44,497 nt of DNA from an uncultured Alloprevotella sp. GTDB lineage: Bacteria > Bacteroidota > Bacteroidia > Bacteroidales > Bacteroidaceae. Location: contig CAUSYJ010000001.1 of the NCBI GenBank assembly GCA_963535845.1, positions 1 through 44,497 on the forward strand. The letters run 5' to 3'. Numbering within the stretch: position 1 is the stretch's first letter; every line of letters starts with the position of its first letter. Of this stretch, positions 39,337-44,497 are shown one piece after another. The notes under the pieces are model-generated. The model made no database searches and was not told the origin of the DNA. It saw only the letters and a list, made by a program, of their open reading frames with translations. The translations under genes and the position numbers were made by a program.

Positions 39337-39446
39337 GACCACGGGCGGAGTCGAACCGCCGAGGGGAGGAACCTATTACGCAGATGAGGACATAAACCTC
39401 CTTCCCCTTTCCGACGAAGATGCACCGCTGCGCACCCTCCGTGGTC
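39337..39446 (-). ncRNA. tRNA-like element A2 (7+5 bp)
   Basis: GACCACG/CGTGGTC, T-arm GGCGG TTCGACT CCGCC, long GGGGAAGGA/TTCCTCCCC arm. Confidence 0.75.
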
Positions 39447-39448
39447 GT

Positions 39449-39481
39449 GGCTGTTCCGACTCTCACGAGCAGGAGGCAACC
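39449..39481 (-). ncRNA. Conserved GUGA-loop hairpin H2
   Basis: GGTTGCCTCCTGCTCGTGAGAGTCGGAACAGCC; homologous to H1. Confidence 0.6.
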
Positions 39482-39520
39482 GGATCTAATGAACAAGAAT
39501 CGTAAACCATAGATTGTTGT

Positions 39521-39618
39521 GGCGAGGCGGGGAGTCGAACCCCGCGGCGGTAATGCTTGCGAAATCCCTAAGTAACTCATTATTTTAGGTTGAAATTTGC
39601 CCTCTTCCTTGGCTCGCC
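39521..39618 (-). ncRNA. tRNA-like element B2 (6+6 bp)
   Basis: GGCGAG/CTCGCC, CCAAGGAAGAG linker, T-arm identical to B1. Confidence 0.75.
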
Positions 39619-39755
39619 GTGTCCCCTAGCAACGTCGTCGCGACGTGGCGCGGGGTCAGAAAAGAAATAAAACAATGGAGGTTGTTTGTGTGCGCACCGC
39701 CGAATGGCCTCTCCCAACTCTTCACAACGTGAAGCATCGGCGGCGCGCTATGTCG

Positions 39756-39959
39756 TTACAGCTTCGAGGGATTCACATACGCCGGGATGTTCTTCCCTCT
39801 CGCTATCTGTTTGTCGATGTAGATTCGAAAGGCTTCCTCCACGTTCGCGTCTTCAAAAGCGCCGAGCAGTTTCCCGAGGAAGTCGATTTCTTTGTTCTCT
39901 TCCACGCTGTTGACGATGTCCTCAATCTCGAGTGTGGCGTTCAGTTGTATTGTATTCAT
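39756..39959 (-). CDS. Small acidic protein, paralog of 40396-40722
   Basis: FLGKLLGAFEDANVEEAFRIY..IPAYVNPSKL. Confidence 0.7.
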   Translation of the reverse strand: MNTIQLNATLEIEDIVNSVEENKEIDFLGKLLGAFEDANVEEAFRIYIDKQIARGKNIPAYVNPSKL

Positions 39960-40000
39960 GTCTTCTTATTGTTTTAGGTGTAAAGAAAAAGAGCGCGCCG

Positions 40001-40399
40001 TTAGGCTGTCAGCTCATTCTCGATAATTTTGTAAGGCTTAGGATCTATAGTAACGAGAGCGGCGCGCCCGTTATTTTCGTAAATCTCCGCTACATAGCAG
40101 AGGTAATCCACTATAGCTACGAAGCGTTCCACCACGTTCCCATACGCGGAATAATATTCCGCCGACAAAGCCCATACAACAAGCGTAGACAAATCTCTGC
40201 GCTCTGGAATCGCGCTATGTTCGTAGGCTTCTATTCTTTCGTACTCGCACTCTATGTTATGCACTGTCGGAAGACATTCGGAAAACTTACGACTGGCCAC
40301 ATTGAAATCCCAGGTGTCGGAACCCTCATTAAATCGGTATGACCGGTGGGATTTTTTCATTCGAAACGGAAATACAGGTTGTCGATTGTCTGCACTCAT
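40001..40399 (-). CDS. Hypothetical protein
   Basis: 132 aa; start overlaps the upstream stop. Confidence 0.55.
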   Translation of the reverse strand: MSADNRQPVFPFRMKKSHRSYRFNEGSDTWDFNVASRKFSECLPTVHNIECEYERIEAYEHSAIPERRDLSTLVVWALSAEYYSAYGNVVERFVAIVDYLCYVAEIYENNGRAALVTIDPKPYKIIENELTA

Positions 40400-40722
40400 A
40401 ACTTTTCAGCGTCTACGAAATCGGGGAGTTTGTCTCGGGTTTGTAATCCGAAGTATTCGCGTAAAGCAGCGTTTACGTTGTGGACGTCAAACTTCTCGAG
40501 AAGATCAAGGAGGGCGCGCTCTTCTTCGAAGTAGTTCACACAACCGAGAAATTCCGTCACTCGTTCGTTTTTATCTTCGAAGTATTCGCGCAAAGCGGCG
40601 TTTATATTCTTGGGGGTAAATCTCTCGAGAATATCGAGGAGGAAGTCCTCTTCTTCGGAGGCGCTCACGTTGTCGAGGATTTCGTCGGTGTCCACCGATA
40701 AATCGAAGTATATTGTACTCAC
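40396..40722 (-). CDS. Acidic protein with an internal duplication
   Basis: LLD.LE.F...N.NAALREYF occurs twice. Confidence 0.75.
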   Translation of the reverse strand: MSTIYFDLSVDTDEILDNVSASEEEDFLLDILERFTPKNINAALREYFEDKNERVTEFLGCVNYFEEERALLDLLEKFDVHNVNAALREYFGLQTRDKLPDFVDAEKL

Positions 40723-40818
40723 GACTTGAATTTGTTTTGCGGTTCGAAAAAGTGGCGCGCCGCCCGGTGGAACTACCCATTACCCAACAATGAAATGATG
40801 GGCGGCGCGCCGTGTGTG

Positions 40819-41079
40819 TTATTCGTCGTCGGTGTTCACGTGTTCTTTCATGTAGGCAAAAAAACGAGCCACAGAAGTGGGGAACATTTCGGCTAAAAGT
40901 GCCCGTTTCCCAATGAAAGCCCACAAGTAAATTCCGATAACTCCCGCAGCTTTCCATACAATCCAAGGAATCACGGGGCATTCAATTTCTAAGCCTACCA
41001 GAAAGGTGGCGAGAAGGAGAAGAACCGTGTGCAGAGCGAAGAAGCCCCACTGGCCGAAGGTGTCGAGTAGTTGTTTCAT
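40819..41079 (-). CDS. Small membrane protein (two TM helices)
   Basis: Two hydrophobic segments; ATGA coupling. Confidence 0.65.
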   Translation of the reverse strand: MKQLLDTFGQWGFFALHTVLLLLATFLVGLEIECPVIPWIVWKAAGVIGIYLWAFIGKRALLAEMFPTSVARFFAYMKEHVNTDDE

Positions 41080-42107
41080 TGTAATTCCTCTTTGTAGGTT
41101 GGATACAGTTTTACGAGAGCGTTGTACATTTGGGAGTCGCGGAAATTCTCCACTCCGTTGATAACCTTCCAATTTCGGGCGCGTAAAACACCTTCGTGAT
41201 AACGAATAGAACCAGGTTCGGCAAAATTCTTGTAACCTGACAAAAGGTCAAAATGTCGTTTCACTTCATGCAGAAAGATGTTGGTTTGTAGGCGCTTGGG
41301 GGCACACACAAACTCGTGAATAGCAGAAGGCAGTCCCATATACACCGCAAGCGTATCCAATACGCGCTGCCGCTCGTTTTCCGAAAGCTCGAACCAGCCC
41401 TTGTATTCTTCGAGGCCTTGTTTTGCCTTGCGATCCAGGGGGGCGTCGTTCTCGTTGTTGACCTCGTCGGACTGCTCGTCTTCGCTGTCGTCTTCTTCCA
41501 CTGCGCTGGCCTCATCGGCCGTGCCGTTCTCTTCGTCCTCGGCAAGCGGTGTCTCTTCGTCGGCAAAAAGGTGTTCGAAGAAGACCAAACCGGGAGCTGC
41601 GAGACGGAGATAGTGCTCTGCGGCATCGTAATCCTTTCTTTGGACAGCGATGCGGAGATGAAGCAGCACGGGGATAGCTACGCGTCGATTGAATGCCGAT
41701 TGAAGGAAGATTCGGAGATTCACCTCTCGAAAACTATCGATCACTCTGATCTTCTTAATCAAAGCATTAGTTCGTTGGGTTAGGAGCTCTGCGCAGCGTC
41801 GAATCTCGCCGTCTTTCAACGATCGCGGTGTATTCGACACGAGCAGATTCTGGACAAACCAGCTGCATTCGTCGATTTTCCTGTTGTAGAAGACCACTCT
41901 GTGTTGCTCTTTTCCCCATCTTCCCGAGTGATGAAGATTTTTCCGTGCGCGAATCGCCTCTGCGCTGTCGAACACTTTGATTGCGAACAGCTCTTCTTTC
42001 TCCTTGTCGAGGTGGATCTCATCTATCACCTTCCGAAATTCGTCCGCTACCGCAACGAAGAGTGCGTCGACACTTTCTTCCAGTCTTTCTAAAATCAATT
42101 CTTCCAT
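41076..42107 (-). CDS. Hypothetical early protein with acidic linker
   Basis: 343-aa ORF with A-rich start. Confidence 0.75.
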   Translation of the reverse strand: MEELILERLEESVDALFVAVADEFRKVIDEIHLDKEKEELFAIKVFDSAEAIRARKNLHHSGRWGKEQHRVVFYNRKIDECSWFVQNLLVSNTPRSLKDGEIRRCAELLTQRTNALIKKIRVIDSFREVNLRIFLQSAFNRRVAIPVLLHLRIAVQRKDYDAAEHYLRLAAPGLVFFEHLFADEETPLAEDEENGTADEASAVEEDDSEDEQSDEVNNENDAPLDRKAKQGLEEYKGWFELSENERQRVLDTLAVYMGLPSAIHEFVCAPKRLQTNIFLHEVKRHFDLLSGYKNFAEPGSIRYHEGVLRARNWKVINGVENFRDSQMYNALVKLYPTYKEELQ

Positions 42108-42167
42108 TGTCTTGTTTTGTTAGTTATTTACTTTTCGCGGCTTGAGCTTATGTTCGTGTACCGTTAA

Positions 42168-42485
42168 TTAGATCCAACCTTCGCTGTATTCGAAGTAGCG
42201 TTTTGCCGCTTCCTTTGCCTCTCCTTTGCCGTGCAAGGCTATCATCTTGTTTGCGTAGGCGGTATAATCTTCAAAGCATTCGAGCGCTTCAAGAACTGCG
42301 GCCTTGTCATTTACCTTCTTCCAGATGCGGATACCGGCTTCTGAGGCTGCGATCAGTTTTTCGCGGAGATTGAACATCTCTTCTTCGGAAAGTTCTTCTC
42401 TGTTGACGTTGTTAACGAGAGCTCCCATTGCTTCTGACTTGCGGTTGATCACTTGCTTGATGATGAAGTCGAGTGCGGTTGTCAT
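42168..42485 (-). CDS. First early-operon protein (helical, no evident HTH)
   Basis: ATG 42485 after an A-rich leader. Confidence 0.65.
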   Translation of the reverse strand: MTTALDFIIKQVINRKSEAMGALVNNVNREELSEEEMFNLREKLIAASEAGIRIWKKVNDKAAVLEALECFEDYTAYANKMIALHGKGEAKEAAKRYFEYSEGWI

Positions 42486-42636
42486 TGTTTCTTTCTTTTT
42501 GAATGCTTGTTTTTCCGCGGCTTTCGCTTTGCTGTATCGCGGGAAATACAGATATTTGCGTATTCTTTTGCGGCGTTTCGTCGTTGTTTTCAACAAGTTG
42601 CGCCGCTTGCGCTTGTAGCTTACGTTTGATTACAGT

Positions 42637-42704
42637 GCAAAGATACAAAGAGTTTGTATTGCATACAAATCTCTGGCGATAAAAGTTTGTATTCGGTTTG
42701 TATT
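42637..42704. promoter_or_regulatory. Genetic switch: leftward early promoter plus operator repeats
   Basis: TATCTTTG -7 box (minus strand, 42637-42644); five ATACAAA/TTTGTAT half-sites, including the palindromes ATACAAA-gag-TTTGTAT and TTTGTAT-tgc-ATACAAA. Confidence 0.7.
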
Positions 42705-42723
42705 TTAACACTCGAGAACCACT

Positions 42724-43434
42724 ATGATTACGAAGGAACGCGCGGAGGCCGCGATTAAATACCTAATTGATAGCGGGTTCGCCAAAACTCAAAAAGAACT
42801 GGCGAATAAGATATCATTTGATCCCACGAATCTAAGTCAAGCGAAGAATGGTGATAATCGATATTTGACTGAGGGGCTTGCACAAAGACTTAGTACAAAC
42901 GAAACAGGTATTAGTTTGTATTGGCTCTTAACTGGCAAAGGCCAAATGCTCAGTGATAGCTCTTCGCAGACAATGCCCGCCAACGTCGACCTACCGACCC
43001 AAACGGAGCTCAACGAAAAGAACGCCGTGAAATGGTACTACGAACTTGACGCGTCTGCCGGTGATGGTTTCTTCGAAAACAACGAGATAAACGCTCCATA
43101 CAAATACATCAACGTGCCGGGCTTTGAGGGATGCTTCGGGCTTAATGTCACCGGAGACTCGATGCTCAACACTGCACAGAGCGGAGACATCGTCGCCGTC
43201 TATCCCCAAGAGGTGCAGACAATCATCAACGGGGAAATTTATCTTGTCGTCACCCGAGACTATCAGCGAATGGTAAAACGACTCGTCGCGAGCGGATATT
43301 CCGAAGACGCGATTATTACTTGCATCTCCGACAACCCCGACAAGACACGCTACGCCGATATGAAGATACAAGCAGACCTCATCCACAAAATCTTCCGCGT
43401 CGCTGGGTTCGTATCAATCAAAAGAATGGCATAA
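42724..43434 (+). CDS. cI: CI-like repressor (HTH + S24 peptidase)
   Basis: TQKELANKI HTH, ISLYWLLTGKGQM, ASAG cleavage region, VTGDSM, VKRL. Confidence 0.93.
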   Translation: MITKERAEAAIKYLIDSGFAKTQKELANKISFDPTNLSQAKNGDNRYLTEGLAQRLSTNETGISLYWLLTGKGQMLSDSSSQTMPANVDLPTQTELNEKNAVKWYYELDASAGDGFFENNEINAPYKYINVPGFEGCFGLNVTGDSMLNTAQSGDIVAVYPQEVQTIINGEIYLVVTRDYQRMVKRLVASGYSEDAIITCISDNPDKTRYADMKIQADLIHKIFRVAGFVSIKRMA

Positions 43435-43447
43435 AAAGAAAATCACC

Positions 43448-43936
43448 ATGAAAAATCTTATCTTTGTATCTCTCCTTCTTCTCTCCTGCGCTCTCGTAGG
43501 CTGCAAGAAAGACAATCGCCCGCCGCTTGTTCGAGCGAACGAACTACTGCGAAAGAATCATTTGCAGGAAATGGACGAGATCGACAGTATCTTCGGATAT
43601 GAAGATGTCTACGATAACAATTTGAGCGTGAACAGATTCTCGTACATTCGAGATAGCTTGAGAATGATATCCCGTAAACGCGAACTAACGGAGGAAGAAA
43701 AAGAGCTAATGGATGAGTTCAATTCTAACAGCGAGATTTTTCTTAGCACATCTCAAAAACGACTCCGCGAACATCTGCGAAAAGGAGACAAAGAAGAATT
43801 TATCGGATATGAATGCGTGATGACTGATACGGCATCAGCAACTTCTCCCGGTGGAATGACGATCTACTCCATCGACAAAGACTTCAAGAAGGTACGAGTC
43901 ACGAAAAAACTCTTCCTCTCGGAGGATTACGAGTAA
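43448..43936 (+). CDS. Lipoprotein co-oriented with the repressor (possible superinfection exclusion)
   Basis: MKNLIFVSLLLLSCALVGC lipobox; 13 bp after the cI stop. Confidence 0.75.
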   Translation: MKNLIFVSLLLLSCALVGCKKDNRPPLVRANELLRKNHLQEMDEIDSIFGYEDVYDNNLSVNRFSYIRDSLRMISRKRELTEEEKELMDEFNSNSEIFLSTSQKRLREHLRKGDKEEFIGYECVMTDTASATSPGGMTIYSIDKDFKKVRVTKKLFLSEDYE

Positions 43937-44057
43937 TCGCTCGAGCGTGCGAAAACGGCAAAATTGTTTTGTCCATCGCCATCGTCTGCGAGGTATTAGC
44001 CATTCCCCTCCGCGATCGATACATGGCATCACGCGGAATTAAAGCACAACTATAAGA

Positions 44058-44093
44058 AAGGGGCGGAGCATCATTGCCCCGCCCCTTGCTTTT
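44058..44093 (+). terminator. Intrinsic terminator of the cI-lipoprotein transcript
   Basis: AAGGGGCGGAGCA/TGCCCCGCCCCTT stem followed by GCTTTT. Confidence 0.6.
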
Positions 44094-44497
44094 GAGCTTG
44101 CATTGTTTCTCTCAAGCTTGCAACATTAGCTTGCGTGGTTTGCTCACCTCATATATAAGGCGAGCAAACAGTTTTTTACACCGGGAATGCGCTGAAAACG
44201 GGAAAAGTGTGCGTAAAATAGCGCAATCTTGTTGTATCTATTTGATAATCAGAGTGCATGATGTTTCGTCGAAAAGTCCCCGCCTTTTTTCAAAAAGTCC
44301 CCAATGGCCGTCGCGCCGTCGGCCGTACACGGTTCGCCCCTTCCCGCTTTGTCGCAATAGGTCGGGAGCCGTGCGTCGAAAACGCGGTGCCCCGCCCGCC
44401 GTCTGCCTGTGTCGGCGCTTGCGCTGCGGCGAAATCGCAGTGATCCGGCGCGGTAAAAGCGAAAGCCCCCTTGTGCGATTCGACGCAAAAGTGTAAT

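Larger units (their letters stand above)
1..44497. mobile_element. Temperate siphovirus-type phage of Bacteroidales
   Basis: All modules present (integration, immunity, replication, packaging, head, non-contractile tail, lysis); no host genes visible. Confidence 0.93.

Noticed and set aside
39317..39580. 87-aa ORF across the early RNA array (also 25969-26160 and 25766-25972)
   Set aside because: They run through covarying RNA stems and the frames are not conserved between the two homologous arrays
25839..39618. Canonical tRNA or tmRNA genes
   Set aside because: T-arms and acceptor stems are tRNA-like, but none has a 5-bp stem with a 7-nt anticodon loop, B units lack a D stem, and all are far too short for tmRNA
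43937..44497. Protein-coding genes at the right end
   Set aside because: The ORFs have weak starts, low-complexity translations, and overlap a terminator and repeats

Overview
The window is an apparently complete temperate siphovirus-type phage genome from a Bacteroidota (Bacteroidales-like) host, inferred from TAnnTTTG -7 promoter boxes, A-rich translation starts and Bacteroidales-phage gene families. Gene order is: tyrosine integrase (+), candidate attP, then on the minus strand lysis, tail, head and packaging, thyA/MazG/YopX, replication and recombination, and early genes, followed by a CI-like repressor and a lipoprotein (+). This order fits a circularly permuted, excised genome opened between the lipoprotein gene and int. 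The most unusual signal is non-coding: five tRNA-like elements on the minus strand, each with acceptor plus T-stem totalling 12 bp, a UUCGANU T-loop, and a variable arm in place of an anticodon arm. Four sit in two homologous arrays (terL-portal gap and early region) with compensatory base changes, and one sits between the tail-tube and tail-chaperone genes. Also notable are a MuF head protein fused to an ADP-ribosyltransferase-like domain with a convergent candidate immunity gene, a hidden -1 frameshift tail chaperone, swappable modules in the tail protein, and hairpin-bounded paralogous gene cassettes. All protein assignments come from motif recognition and synteny, not database searches.
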